Made by a program: the position numbers and the translations under genes. The notes below the pieces were generated by a model. The model ran no database searches, had not been told where the DNA came from, and saw nothing but the letters and a program-made list of their open reading frames with translations. This document shows, one piece after another, positions 21,768-32,032 of a stretch of DNA of 51,403 nucleotides (positions within the stretch are counted from its first letter, which is position 1; every line of letters begins with the position of its first letter). This DNA comes from an uncultured Bacteroidales bacterium (GTDB lineage: Bacteria; Bacteroidota; Bacteroidia; Bacteroidales; JACABE01). The DNA lies in NCBI GenBank assembly GCA_903936865.1, contig CAIZXK010000034.1:1-51403 (forward strand), in the 5' to 3' direction.

Positions 21768-23867
21768 TTAACCTTTGATTCCTTTAACACTATTAACTAC
21801 TTCCTCAACTATACTTGCAGGTGCTTGATTAAAATGTGAAAACTGCATTGTTGAAGTTGCTCTGCCTGAAGATAAAGTACGTAAAGTAGTAACATAACCA
21901 AACATACTAGACAAAGGCACGTTAGCTTTTACAATTTGATATCCGATTTTTGCATCAATTTGTTCTAAGACACCTCTACGTTTATTCAAATCTCCTGTAA
22001 CATCTCCAATATAATCTTCAGGAGTTACAATTTCTATTTTCATTATTGGTTCCAATAAAATTGGTTTTGCTTTTTTACAAGCTTCTTTAAAAGCTATTTT
22101 TGCTGCAATTTCAAATGATAATGAATCAGAGTCAACAGGATGGAACGAACCATCTAAAACTTTAACTTTTAAACTTTCTACAGGAAATCCTGCTAAAACA
22201 CCATTTGTCATAGCTGCTTTAAATCCTTTTTCAATTGCAGGAATGTATTCTTTTGGAATATTACCACCTCTGACTTCATTGATAAATTGCAACCCTTTAA
22301 CACCTTCATCTGCAGGAGATAATTCTACTTCAATATCAGCAAATTTACCTCTTCCACCTGTTTGTTTTTTATAAACTTCTTTAAATTTGATCGTTGAAGT
22401 TATAGCTTCTTTATATGCAACCTGAGGTTTACCCTGATTACATTCAACCATAAATTCACGTTTTAATCTATCCACTAATATTTCCAAATGTAATTCACCC
22501 ATTCCACTAATAATGGTCTGACCTGAATCTTCATCAGTCTTTACAGTAAAAGTTGGATCTTCTTCTGCAAGTTTATATAAAGCATTTGAAAGTTTATCAA
22601 TTTCTTTTTGAGCAATTGGTTCTATTGCAATACTTATAACAGGATCGGGAAACTCAATGGTTTCTAATATTATTGGATGCTTTTCATCACATAATGTGTC
22701 TCCGGTTCTAATATCTTTAAACCCAACAGCAGCTCCAATATCTCCCGCTTCAATTCTTTCAAGTGGATTTTGCTTATTAGCATGCATTTGCATAATACGC
22801 GAAATGCGTTCTTTTTTACCAGTACTTGTATTTAATACGTAAGAACCAGCTTCGAGTGTACCCGAATAAACCCTAAAAAAGGCTATTCTTCCTACATAAG
22901 GATCAGTTGCTATTTTAAAAGCCAATGCTGACATTGGTTCTTTTGCATTTGGTCTTCTCTCTTCATGTTCATCTGTTTTAGGATTAATTCCTATAACTGA
23001 TGGAACATCCATTGGACTCGGAAGAAATCTGATTACAGCATCCAAAAGTTTTTGAACACCTTTATTTTTAAAAGATGCTCCGCAAATTACAGGAGTAATT
23101 CTCATTTCAACTGTAGCTTTTCTAATTGAAGCAATCATTTCATCTTCTGAGATTGAATTATGATCAAGTAAGAACTTATTTAGTAAATCATCACTTTCTT
23201 CAGCAACACCCTCTATTAATTTAGTGCGATATTCATCTACTGTATCAATTAAATCTTCAGGTATAGGAATTTCAACTATTTCAGTTCCATTAGAGGTTTC
23301 TTCCCAATAATAAGCTTTATTTGAAATCAAATCAACGATTCCAACAAAAGTATCTTCTTGACCGATTGGTATTTGAAGTGGTATAGGATTAGCTCCCAAA
23401 CGATCTCTTATCTGATCCAAAACATTATAAAAATCTGCTCCAGCTCTGTCCATTTTATTAATGAAAGATAATCTTGGAACATTGTATTTGTCTGCTTGGC
23501 GCCAAACAGTTTCAGATTGAGGTTCAACACCACCTACCGCGCAAAACAAAGCAACAGCACCATCTAGAACCCTTAATGAACGTTCTACTTCAACAGTGAA
23601 ATCAACGTGACCGGGAGTATCAATGATATTAATTTTATAGCGCTCACTATTGTAATCCCAAAAAACAGTAGTTGCTGCAGATGTAATTGTTATTCCTCTT
23701 TCTTGTTCTTGCACCATCCAATCCATGGTAGCATCGCCGTCATGTACTTCTCCAATTTTATGACTTTTACCTGTATAATACAATATACGCTCAGTTGTTG
23801 TAGTTTTACCTGCATCAATGTGAGCCATAATGCCAATATTGCGTGTGTATAATAGATTCTCTGACAT
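21768..23867 (-). CDS. fusA: Elongation factor G
   Basis: 699 aa. [43 protein letters not shown], and full-length domains II-V. Confidence 0.98.
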   Translation of the reverse strand: MSENLLYTRNIGIMAHIDAGKTTTTERILYYTGKSHKIGEVHDGDATMDWMVQEQERGITITSAATTVFWDYNSERYKINIIDTPGHVDFTVEVERSLRVLDGAVALFCAVGGVEPQSETVWRQADKYNVPRLSFINKMDRAGADFYNVLDQIRDRLGANPIPLQIPIGQEDTFVGIVDLISNKAYYWEETSNGTEIVEIPIPEDLIDTVDEYRTKLIEGVAEESDDLLNKFLLDHNSISEDEMIASIRKATVEMRITPVICGASFKNKGVQKLLDAVIRFLPSPMDVPSVIGINPKTDEHEERRPNAKEPMSALAFKIATDPYVGRIAFFRVYSGTLEAGSYVLNTSTGKKERISRIMQMHANKQNPLERIEAGDIGAAVGFKDIRTGDTLCDEKHPIILETIEFPDPVISIAIEPIAQKEIDKLSNALYKLAEEDPTFTVKTDEDSGQTIISGMGELHLEILVDRLKREFMVECNQGKPQVAYKEAITSTIKFKEVYKKQTGGRGKFADIEVELSPADEGVKGLQFINEVRGGNIPKEYIPAIEKGFKAAMTNGVLAGFPVESLKVKVLDGSFHPVDSDSLSFEIAAKIAFKEACKKAKPILLEPIMKIEIVTPEDYIGDVTGDLNKRRGVLEQIDAKIGYQIVKANVPLSSMFGYVTTLRTLSSGRATSTMQFSHFNQAPASIVEEVVNSVKGIKG

Positions 23868-23943
23868 TTTTATTGTATTCTCCTAGTATTTTTTTTAATC
23901 AAAAAGTAATGAACTATAATTAGGTTTTTATTCAAGATAAACC

Positions 23944-24411
23944 TTAAAATCTGAAATGTGAAAACGCCTTATTAGCTTCAGCCATACGGTGAGTGTCTTC
24001 TTTACGTTTGAATGCTGCACCTTCTTCTTTAAAAGCAGACATAATTTCACCAGCCAATTTCTGACTCATTGATTTTTCATGTCTTTTGCGTGCATAATTC
24101 ACTAAAGCTTTCATTCCTATTGACATTTTTCTGTCAGGTCTGATTTCTGAAGGAATTTGAAAAGTAGCTCCACCGATTCTACGGCTGCGAACTTCAACAG
24201 ATGGAGTTACATTTGCTAATGCTTTTTTCCATACTTCTACACCATCTTCTTTTGTTTTATCAGATACAATGGTCATTGCATCATAAAAAATTTCAAAAGC
24301 TGTGCTTTTCTTTCCCTTTAACATTAAATTGTTAACGAATTTAGTAACCAAAGTATCATTGAACTTTGGATCTGGTAATATGATTCGCTTTTTGGGCTTA
24401 GATTTCCTCAT
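23944..24411 (-). CDS. rpsG: 30S ribosomal protein S7
   Basis: 155 aa. PDPKFND.LVTKFVN.LM..GKKS.A..I.Y.A...[17 protein letters not shown]...[12 protein letters not shown]. Confidence 0.97.
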   Translation of the reverse strand: MRKSKPKKRIILPDPKFNDTLVTKFVNNLMLKGKKSTAFEIFYDAMTIVSDKTKEDGVEVWKKALANVTPSVEVRSRRIGGATFQIPSEIRPDRKMSIGMKALVNYARKRHEKSMSQKLAGEIMSAFKEEGAAFKRKEDTHRMAEANKAFSHFRF

Positions 24412-24443
24412 TTTATTAAAAAATTTGGTACTTTATTAATATG

Positions 24444-24824
24444 TTATTTTTTTGCTTTTGGTTTTTTAGTACCATATTTTGAGCGTCTTTGGTTTCTTCC
24501 GTCAACGCCAGAAGTATCTAAAGCACCTCTGATGATATGATATCTAACACCTGGTAAATCTTTTACTCTACCTCCTCTAATCATTACGATTGAATGTTCC
24601 TGTAAATTATGACCTTCACCTGGAATATAAGCATTTACTTCTTTTCCATTTGTTAATCTAACTCTCGCAACTTTACGCATTGCAGAATTAGGTTTTTTTG
24701 GTGTTGTGGTATAAACTCTTACACAAACGCCTCTTCTCTGTGGACATGAATCCAAAGCGGGAGATTTACTTTTGTCTGTTAACTTACTTCGTCCTTTACG
24801 AACTAACTGCTGTATTGTAGGCAT
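24444..24824 (-). CDS. rpsL: 30S ribosomal protein S12
   Basis: 126 aa. [12 protein letters not shown]...[69 protein letters not shown]. Confidence 0.98.
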   Translation of the reverse strand: MPTIQQLVRKGRSKLTDKSKSPALDSCPQRRGVCVRVYTTTPKKPNSAMRKVARVRLTNGKEVNAYIPGEGHNLQEHSIVMIRGGRVKDLPGVRYHIIRGALDTSGVDGRNQRRSKYGTKKPKAKK

Positions 24825-24879
24825 ATTACATTGATTGTTTTAATATCAAGTTTATTAGCGACCCCATTTTTTGGGACTG

Positions 24880-24887
24880 CAAAAGTA
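24880..24887 (-). promoter_or_regulatory. Candidate -7 box (TACTTTTG on minus strand) for the rpsL supercluster
   Basis: Plus-strand CAAAAGTA is the reverse complement of a TAnnTTTG match, 56 nt upstream of the rpsL ATG. A second match (TAATTTTG, plus coordinates 24960-24967) lies 136 nt upstream. Motif matches only. Confidence 0.3.
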
Positions 24888-24932
24888 ATACTTTATTTTG
24901 TAATAACAATACCCAAATTGAATTTTTTTGAG

Positions 24933-24940
24933 TATTTTTG
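24933..24940 (+). promoter_or_regulatory. Candidate -7 box (TATTTTTG) for the divergent HAD hydrolase gene
   Basis: Exact TAnnTTTG match 50 nt upstream of the ATG at 24990. Motif match only. Confidence 0.3.
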
Positions 24941-24989
24941 CTTTTTGATAAATTGAATGCAAAATTAATAAATAATATCAACATATTCA

Positions 24990-25688
24990 ATGCGTAAGTA
25001 CAAACATATTTTTTTTGATCTGGACAGAACACTTTGGGATTTCGAAAAAAATTCAGAAGAAACCTTTAAGGATTTATACCTTATATATAATATAGAGCAG
25101 TTATTAAATTGTGATTTTGATTCTTTTTTCAAAACTTATAAAAAACATAATACACTTTTATGGGAAGAATACAGGAATAAAAAAATTATTAAAGAATTTC
25201 TTAGTGTACAAAGATTTTTTGCAACGCTAAACGATTTTGATAATTATGATTTAGAATTAGCAAAAAAAATGGCTGAAAATTATTTAATATTAAGTCCTCA
25301 GAAAAACCTCCTTTTTCCTCATGCAATTGAAACTCTTGAATATTTAAAAGATAAATATCAGCTCCATATTATCACAAACGGTTTTATTGAAGTTCAATAT
25401 AAAAAAATCAAGAATTCAGGTATTGAAAAATTCTTTAATCAAACAATTACATCTGAAGAAGCAGGTGTTCAAAAACCAGATAAATATATCTTTGAATTTT
25501 CATTAAATAAGGTTAATGCCAGCCCCGAAGAATGTATAATGATAGGGGATGATCTTAAAATTGATATTTTAGGAGCTAAAAATGCAGGAATTGATCAGAT
25601 CTTCTTTAATGTTGATAATGTGAAACATAATGAAAATATTACCTTTGAAATAGATTCGTTGAAACAAATTATTGAAATATTTAATTAA
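24990..25688 (+). CDS. yjjG: HAD superfamily hydrolase, YjjG-like noncanonical pyrimidine nucleotidase
   Basis: 232 aa. It has HAD motif I FFDLDRTLWDF, motif II ITNG and motif IV MIGDD...DILGAKNAGID, and its size and cap region are typical of the YjjG family. Confidence 0.75.
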   Translation: MRKYKHIFFDLDRTLWDFEKNSEETFKDLYLIYNIEQLLNCDFDSFFKTYKKHNTLLWEEYRNKKIIKEFLSVQRFFATLNDFDNYDLELAKKMAENYLILSPQKNLLFPHAIETLEYLKDKYQLHIITNGFIEVQYKKIKNSGIEKFFNQTITSEEAGVQKPDKYIFEFSLNKVNASPEECIMIGDDLKIDILGAKNAGIDQIFFNVDNVKHNENITFEIDSLKQIIEIFN

Positions 25689-25783
25689 TTTTTTTTATCA
25701 ATTCATTTTTTTTGATATAAATGTTTGATTTTTCTATTATCTTTACAAAAAAATTTAGTATTAATTAAAATTACTCTTAGCGT

Positions 25784-27109
25784 ATGAAAATTACAATTGT
25801 TGGTACAGGCTATGTTGGGTTAGTAACTGGTACCTGTTTTGCCGAAGTAGGCATTGATGTAACATGTGTAGATATTGATAAAGTTAAAATCGAAAACCTT
25901 GAAAAAGGCATTTCTCCTATTTATGAACCAGGATTGGATCCAATGATTGAAAGAAATGTCAACAAAGGAAGGTTAAAATTTTCAACTGATTTAGCTAATT
26001 GTATTGAAGGTACGGATGTAATTTTCAGTGCAGTAGGAACTCCACCCGACGAAGATGGAAGTGCTGATTTACAATATGTTTTAGATGTAGCACGTACAGT
26101 TGGTAAGTATATGAATGACTATATCCTGATGGTAACCAAAAGCACTGTACCTGTTGGGACTGCTAAAAAAGTAAGAAATGCAATTCAGGAAGAATTAGAT
26201 AAAAGGGGTGTTAAAATTGAATTTGATGTAGCTTCAAATCCTGAATTCCTTAAAGAAGGTGATGCTATCAACGATTTTTTAAAACCAGATAGGATTGTAG
26301 TAGGAGTTGAATCTGAAAAGGCAGAAACAATAATCAATAGTCTTTACAAACCTTTTACTCTAAACGGTCATCCTGTTATTATTATGGATGTTCCATCCGC
26401 TGAAATGACAAAATATGCAGCCAACTCCATGTTAGCAACAAAAATCAGTTTTATGAACGATATTGCTAACTTATGTGAAATTATGGGAGCTGATGTAAAT
26501 ATGGTTCGCAAGGGTATTGGTAGTGATTCAAGAATTGGAACAAAATTTATTTACCCGGGAATCGGATATGGTGGCTCATGTTTCCCAAAAGATGTAAAAG
26601 CATTAATTAAAACTGCAGATCAAAATGGCTATAGTATGCGTGTTTTGAAAGCAGTTGAATATGTCAACGATGACCAGAAATCAGTTCTATTCAATAAATT
26701 AAATACCTATTTTAAAGGTGATTTAAAAGGAAGAACCATTGCAATGTGGGGTTTATCTTTTAAACCACAAACCGATGATATGCGTGAAGCTCCATCTTTG
26801 GTTCTGATTAAGAAGCTTTTGGAAGCTGGATGTAAAGTAAAAGTTTATGATCCTGTTGCAATGCATGAAGCTCAACGCAAAATTGGTGATGTTGTTGAAT
26901 ATTCAAAAGATTCTTATGACACTTTGGTTGATGCAGATGCAATGATGATAGTTACTGAATGGACAGAGTTCCGTTTTCCCAATTGGAATGTAATCAAGAA
27001 ATTAATGAAACACCATGTTATATTCGATGGTAGAAATATTTTTGATCACAAAGAAATTAAAGAAAAAGGTTTTGAATACCATTGCTTAGGTATCAATACT
27101 TCAAAATAA
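25784..27109 (+). CDS. ugd: UDP-glucose 6-dehydrogenase
   Basis: 441 aa. It has the N-terminal Rossmann motif GTGYVGLVTG, the catalytic block GYGGSCFPKDV, and the C-terminal UDP-binding LSFKPQTDDMREAP. Confidence 0.95.
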   Translation: MKITIVGTGYVGLVTGTCFAEVGIDVTCVDIDKVKIENLEKGISPIYEPGLDPMIERNVNKGRLKFSTDLANCIEGTDVIFSAVGTPPDEDGSADLQYVLDVARTVGKYMNDYILMVTKSTVPVGTAKKVRNAIQEELDKRGVKIEFDVASNPEFLKEGDAINDFLKPDRIVVGVESEKAETIINSLYKPFTLNGHPVIIMDVPSAEMTKYAANSMLATKISFMNDIANLCEIMGADVNMVRKGIGSDSRIGTKFIYPGIGYGGSCFPKDVKALIKTADQNGYSMRVLKAVEYVNDDQKSVLFNKLNTYFKGDLKGRTIAMWGLSFKPQTDDMREAPSLVLIKKLLEAGCKVKVYDPVAMHEAQRKIGDVVEYSKDSYDTLVDADAMMIVTEWTEFRFPNWNVIKKLMKHHVIFDGRNIFDHKEIKEKGFEYHCLGINTSK

Positions 27110-27125
27110 ATATTCACATCATTAA

Positions 27126-27160
27126 AAAAACCTAATCTGAAATATCAGATTAGGTTTTTA
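27126..27160 (+). terminator. Strong intrinsic terminator between ugd and the UDP-xylose synthase gene
   Basis: A perfect 10-bp stem CCTAATCTGA/TCAGATTAGG (27131-27140 and 27145-27154) has an AATA loop. An A run precedes it and a T5 run follows. Confidence 0.8.
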
Positions 27161-27180
27161 TTTATCTAAAGGAAAATACA

Positions 27181-28119
27181 ATGAGAAAAAAAATATTAGT
27201 TACTGGTGGAGCAGGCTTTTTAGGTTCACATCTTTGCGAAAGATTATTAAAAGATGGCAATGAAGTAGTTTGTTTGGATAATTATTTTACAGGACAAAAA
27301 GAAAATATTGTTCATTTACTTGAAAATCCATATTTTGAATTGATCAGACATGATGTAACCATGCCTTTTTTTATAGAAGTTGATGAAATTTATAACCTTG
27401 CTTGCCCAGCATCTCCTGTTCATTATCAATATAATGCCATCAAAACTGTAAAAACATCTGTGATGGGAGCAATAAATATGTTAGGACTGGCAAAAAGGAT
27501 AAAAGCAAAAATCCTACAAGCTTCAACAAGTGAAGTTTATGGTGATCCGGAAATTCATCCTCAGGAAGAATCATATTGGGGACATGTAAATCCAATCGGA
27601 ATCCGAGCATGTTATGATGAAGGAAAACGCTGTGCAGAAACTCTTTTCGTTAATTATCACCGACAAAATAATGTTAAAATTAAAATCATTCGTATTTTTA
27701 ACACTTATGGTCCGAAAATGCATCCTCATGATGGCAGGGTTGTTTCAAACTTTATTGTACAGGCATTACAAAACCAAAACATTACTATTTTTGGAGATGG
27801 AATGCAAACACGTAGTTTTCAGTATTGTGATGATTTAATTGAAGGTATGATACGAATGATGGCTAGCGGAGATGATTTTACAGGACCTGTGAATATTGGA
27901 AATCCAAATGAGTTTACTATGCTTGAATTGGCTGAAAAAGTTATTAAACTTACCGGTACAAAATCGAAAATAGTCTTTGAACCATTGCCAGCTGATGATC
28001 CAATGCAACGCCAACCAAATATTTCGCTTGCAAAAGAAAAATTAGACTGGGAACCTAAAATCCAATTAGAAGAAGGGTTGATGAGAACAATCGAATATTT
28101 TAAAACCATTGTAAAATAA
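27181..28119 (+). CDS. uxs: UDP-glucuronate decarboxylase (UDP-xylose synthase), SDR family
   Basis: 312 aa. [40 protein letters not shown] and [10 protein letters not shown] are typical of UXS enzymes. Confidence 0.9.
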   Translation: MRKKILVTGGAGFLGSHLCERLLKDGNEVVCLDNYFTGQKENIVHLLENPYFELIRHDVTMPFFIEVDEIYNLACPASPVHYQYNAIKTVKTSVMGAINMLGLAKRIKAKILQASTSEVYGDPEIHPQEESYWGHVNPIGIRACYDEGKRCAETLFVNYHRQNNVKIKIIRIFNTYGPKMHPHDGRVVSNFIVQALQNQNITIFGDGMQTRSFQYCDDLIEGMIRMMASGDDFTGPVNIGNPNEFTMLELAEKVIKLTGTKSKIVFEPLPADDPMQRQPNISLAKEKLDWEPKIQLEEGLMRTIEYFKTIVK

Positions 28120-28127
28120 AAATTAAG

Positions 28128-28988
28128 ATGAATATATTGGTAACTGGTAGCAACGGACAACTGGGAAATGAAATCAGATCTATCTCAAATCAATATCCTG
28201 ATTATCATTTTGTTTTTACAGATGTTGCTGAATTAGATATAACAGAATATCAACAGATAGATTCTTTCTTTAAAGAAAATAACATCAATTTTGTGATTAA
28301 CTGTGCTGCTTATACTGCGGTTGACAAAGCTGAACAGGAAATAGATACAGCTCGTTATATCAATGTAAATGCAGTAAAATATCTTTCACAAATTGCAAAA
28401 AAACATCATGCATTATTAATTCATGTTTCAACAGATTATGTTTTTGATGGTAAAAACCATAAACCTTATACTGAGGAGGATATAATTTGTCCAACTTCAG
28501 CTTATGGAAAAACAAAGGCTGAAGGAGAAACTGAAGTAAGAAATTATGCAGAAAAAGCAATTATAATCAGAACATCATGGTTATATTCTTCTTATGGAAA
28601 TAATTTTGTAAAAACCATCTTAAAATATGGAAAGGAAAGAGGTAAATTAAACGTTGTTTTTGATCAGATTGGAACTCCTACCTATGCTGCTGATTTAGCA
28701 TTTGCAATACTGGAAATTATTCCTCAATTAAATTCAAAGTTAACTATCGACACTTATCATTTTTCTAATGAAGGTGTAAGCAGTTGGTACGATTTTGCTA
28801 AAGAAATAGTTGAACTTTCAAATATGGATTGTATTATTAATCCGATCGAAACCAAGGATTATCCTCTTCCAGCTCCACGTCCGCATTATAGTGTTTTAGA
28901 CAAGACTAAAATTAAAAAAGAATTTCATATTGATATTCCTTATTGGAAAGATAGTTTGAAAAAATGCCTCAAGTTATTAAATGAATAG
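28128..28988 (+). CDS. rfbD: dTDP-4-dehydrorhamnose reductase
   Basis: 286 aa. ILVTGSNGQLG, INCAAYTAVDKAE, STDYVFDG, YGKTK..GE and GTPTYA are RmlD blocks. Confidence 0.9.
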   Translation: MNILVTGSNGQLGNEIRSISNQYPDYHFVFTDVAELDITEYQQIDSFFKENNINFVINCAAYTAVDKAEQEIDTARYINVNAVKYLSQIAKKHHALLIHVSTDYVFDGKNHKPYTEEDIICPTSAYGKTKAEGETEVRNYAEKAIIIRTSWLYSSYGNNFVKTILKYGKERGKLNVVFDQIGTPTYAADLAFAILEIIPQLNSKLTIDTYHFSNEGVSSWYDFAKEIVELSNMDCIINPIETKDYPLPAPRPHYSVLDKTKIKKEFHIDIPYWKDSLKKCLKLLNE

Positions 28989-29367
28989 AATTGGAAAAAG
29001 TAGGTTATCAACGCTTGTTTTTGAATCAGCAACGGAAGTACATAAATTATTGGGTCCAGGATTATTGGAATCAATTTATCGTTTGTGCTTTCTACAGGAA
29101 TTAAGAAACCGGGGACTTTTTTTTAAAAAAGATTTTGGCTTCCCTATTTATTACAAAGAAATGAAACTTGATGCCGAAATTAAAGTTGATTTACTGGTTG
29201 AAAATGAAATTATTATTCAAATAAAAACTGTAGAAAAAATATTGCCTATGCATGAGGCGCATTTATTAACTGCATTAAAAATGAGCAATAAAAAGACAGG
29301 CTTTATTTTTAATTTTAATGAACCAAAATTAGTTGACGGCTATAAGAAAATTGTAATTAATGATTAA
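28981..29367 (+). CDS. GxxExxY family protein (PD-(D/E)XK nuclease-like fold)
   Basis: 128 aa. EVHKLLGPGLLESIYRLCFLQELRNRGL carries the family-defining G-x-x-E-x-x-Y, followed by VDLLVENEIIIQIK and HEAHLLTALK...GFIFNFN. Its ATG overlaps the rfbD stop by 8 nt. Confidence 0.8.
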   Translation: MNRIGKSRLSTLVFESATEVHKLLGPGLLESIYRLCFLQELRNRGLFFKKDFGFPIYYKEMKLDAEIKVDLLVENEIIIQIKTVEKILPMHEAHLLTALKMSNKKTGFIFNFNEPKLVDGYKKIVIND

Positions 29368-29379
29368 TAAATAATTATT

Positions 29380-31116
29380 ATGGAAAATATTGACAAAAAC
29401 ATTATGGAAAGAGCCAATAAATGGCTAACTGATTTTTACGATGATGAAACCCGCAAGCAAGTAAAATCTTTAATTGAAACCGATATAAATGAACTCACTG
29501 AATCTTTTTACCGTGATCTGGAATTTGGAACCGGTGGGTTGCGTGGTATTATGGGTGTTGGCACCAATCGCATGAATAAATATACTGTGGGTATGGCAAC
29601 TCAGGGACTGGCAAATTATATTTTGAAAATGTTTCCTGAAAAGACAGATTGCAAAGTTGCTATTGCTTATGATTCGAGGAATAACAGCAAGTTTTTTGCT
29701 CAGGTTACTGCTGATGTTATGTCAGCTAATAATATAAAGGTATATTTGTTTGAAGAACTTCGACCAACTCCTGAATTATCTTTTGCTATCCGTCAGCTAG
29801 GATGTCAGAGTGGTGTTGTTATTACCGCTTCTCATAATCCTAAAGAATATAATGGTTATAAAGCCTATTGGGAAGATGGTGGTCAGCTCATTAGCCCACA
29901 TGATACGAATGTAATAGATGAAGTTTTAAAAATAAATGATATCAGTCAGGTGAAATTTGAAGGTAATCCACAACTGATTGAAATGATTGGAGAAAATATT
30001 GATAAAGTATATCTGGAAAAACTCAAATCACTTTCATTATCTCCAGATTTGATCAAAAAACATAAAAATTTAAGTATCGTCTATACCGCATTACATGGGA
30101 CAGGAATCACCTTGGTTCCCAGAGCATTGAAAGAACTTGGCTTTGAAAACATCCATATTGTTGAACAACAGGATATTCCTGATGGCAACTTTCCAACATT
30201 AAAATCTCCAAATCCAGAGGAAAAAGCAGCATTGGAAATGGCAATAGAAAAAGCAGGAAAAGTTAATGCTAATCTTGTTTTAGCCACAGACCCGGATGCT
30301 GATAGAGTTGGAATTGCTGTAAAAAACGACAAAGGAGATTATGTACTGTTCAATGGAAATCAAACCGCATCGGTATTGATTTATTATCTGCTGAACAAAT
30401 GGAAAGAAAATGGCAAAATTACAGGAAATGAATATATCGTCAAAACCATTGTTACATCTGAATTACTGAAAGATATTGCCTTGAAAAACGGAGTTGAAAG
30501 TTACGATGTACTTACCGGATTTAAATATATTGCTGAAATTATTTTAAAATTAGAAGGTAAAAAAACTTTTATTGGTGGTGGTGAAGAAAGTTATGGTTAT
30601 CTGGTTGGTGATTTTGTTAGAGATAAAGACGCCGTTATTTCTTGCTGCATGATATCAGAAATGGCAGCCTGGGCAGCAGAATCAAATAAAACGTTTTATG
30701 ATATTCTAATAGATTTATATGCCGAATATGGTTTCTATAAAGAAGATTTATTATCAATTACCAGAAAAGGTAAATCCGGAGCTGAAGAAATCCAACAAAT
30801 GATGGCTGTTTACCGTAACCTCCCTCCTACTGCTATAAACGGAAGTAAAGTGATTATGATTAAGGATTATGGAAATCAAATTGCTATTGATTGTAATAAC
30901 AATACTTCACAAGTAATTGATTTACCAAAATCTAATGTATTGCAATTCTTTACAGAAGATGGCAGTAAGATTACTATTCGTCCTTCTGGAACCGAGCCAA
31001 AAATTAAGTTTTATTTTGGAGTTAAGGATGTTTTATCGTCTAAAGCAGAATTTGAATCAGTAAATCAAAAACTTGATGCAAAAATTAAATCAATCATAGC
31101 TGACATGAAACTTTAA
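29380..31116 (+). CDS. pgcA: Phosphoglucomutase / phospho-sugar mutase (alpha-D-phosphohexomutase family)
   Basis: 578 aa. It has the active-site loop TASHNPKEYNGYK, the metal loop DPDADR, the sugar loop GGEESYG and the C-terminal RPSGTEPKIK. Confidence 0.9.
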   Translation: MENIDKNIMERANKWLTDFYDDETRKQVKSLIETDINELTESFYRDLEFGTGGLRGIMGVGTNRMNKYTVGMATQGLANYILKMFPEKTDCKVAIAYDSRNNSKFFAQVTADVMSANNIKVYLFEELRPTPELSFAIRQLGCQSGVVITASHNPKEYNGYKAYWEDGGQLISPHDTNVIDEVLKINDISQVKFEGNPQLIEMIGENIDKVYLEKLKSLSLSPDLIKKHKNLSIVYTALHGTGITLVPRALKELGFENIHIVEQQDIPDGNFPTLKSPNPEEKAALEMAIEKAGKVNANLVLATDPDADRVGIAVKNDKGDYVLFNGNQTASVLIYYLLNKWKENGKITGNEYIVKTIVTSELLKDIALKNGVESYDVLTGFKYIAEIILKLEGKKTFIGGGEESYGYLVGDFVRDKDAVISCCMISEMAAWAAESNKTFYDILIDLYAEYGFYKEDLLSITRKGKSGAEEIQQMMAVYRNLPPTAINGSKVIMIKDYGNQIAIDCNNNTSQVIDLPKSNVLQFFTEDGSKITIRPSGTEPKIKFYFGVKDVLSSKAEFESVNQKLDAKIKSIIADMKL

Positions 31117-31140
31117 TTTCATGAATTTGATTAGTAAAAA

Positions 31141-31180
31141 CAAAACCCGTTGAGAAATATTTCCAGCGGGTTTTGTTTTT
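31141..31180 (+). terminator. Intrinsic terminator after the phosphoglucomutase gene
   Basis: A CAAAACCCG/CGGGTTTTG 9-bp stem (31141-31149 and 31167-31175) is followed by T5. Confidence 0.75.
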
Positions 31181-31303
31181 ATTAATTTTCATCATTTTTG
31201 AATTTATAATTTTGAAGAATTATTTATTCATCATACTTAATTTTTCCTTATCATTACCCATTAATACTAAAAAAATACTTACTTTCGCTTCAAACTAAAA
31301 ATA

Positions 31304-32005
31304 ATGGATAATTACATTCAAAAAACTTCTATTAAAAACTGGGCAGAAGACGATCGACCCCGTGAAAAATTAATGCTTAAAGGAAAAAGTGTATTAAGTG
31401 ATGCCGAACTTATTGCTATCCTGATTAATTCGGGTAACAATGAGGAATCTGCTGTGGAATTATCCCAACGTATCCTACGCTCAGCAAATGATAATCTGAT
31501 TGAACTTTCAAAACTCGGAATTAACGATTTGATTAAAAACTTTAAAGGCATTGGTGAAGCTAAAGCCATAAGTATTATTGCAGCACTCGAATTGGGTAAA
31601 CGTCGACGGAGTTCTGATGTACTGGATAAGAAAAAGATTTCATCAAGCAAAGAAGCATTTGAAGTTATGCAAAGTTATGTTGCAGATATTCAACATGAAG
31701 AATTTTGGATAATTATGCTAGGCAGAAACAACAAAATAATTAAAATTTTATGCGTTAGCGAAGGAGGAACTGCAGGTACCGTTGTTGATCCAAAAAAAAT
31801 ATTTAAATTAGCACTCGAAAATAATGCATCTTCATTAATTTTGTGCCATAATCATCCTTCAGGAGCAATAAAACCGAGTGAGGCCGATATTAAAATTACC
31901 AGCAAAATTAAGAAAGCCGGCGAAATGCTCGAACTAAATGTTGTTGACCATATTATAGTAGGCGACGAAAATTATTTTAGCTTTGCCGATGAAGGAATTT
32001 TGTAA
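31304..32005 (+). CDS. radC: RadC-like JAB/MPN domain protein
   Basis: 233 aa. It has an N-terminal HhH region (GIGEAKAISIIAALELGKR) and a JAMM motif (LCHNHPSGAIKPSEADIKIT). Confidence 0.9.
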   Translation: MDNYIQKTSIKNWAEDDRPREKLMLKGKSVLSDAELIAILINSGNNEESAVELSQRILRSANDNLIELSKLGINDLIKNFKGIGEAKAISIIAALELGKRRRSSDVLDKKKISSSKEAFEVMQSYVADIQHEEFWIIMLGRNNKIIKILCVSEGGTAGTVVDPKKIFKLALENNASSLILCHNHPSGAIKPSEADIKITSKIKKAGEMLELNVVDHIIVGDENYFSFADEGIL

Positions 32006-32032
32006 CATAAACAACCTAATTATTTATGACCT

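Noticed and set aside
10552-23852. Numerous 60-94-aa ORFs antisense to or out of frame with ribosomal genes (for example 10552-10743, 11679-11897, 16315-16599, 16972-17250, 18442-18720, 21095-21361, 23607-23852)
   Set aside because: All lie inside strongly supported conserved genes and have hydrophobic, low-complexity translations. They are shadow ORFs.
24826-25032. 68-aa minus-strand ORF spanning the rpsL upstream region
   Set aside because: It covers the divergent promoter region and overlaps the start of the HAD hydrolase gene. Its sequence is low-complexity and it has no support.
27819-28160. 113-aa antisense ORF across the uxs/rfbD junction, and similar antisense ORFs at 28360-28560, 30081-30332, 31318-31650, 38936-39205 and 40255-41144
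   Set aside because: They are shadow ORFs opposite well-supported enzymes, with no motifs and no independent signals.
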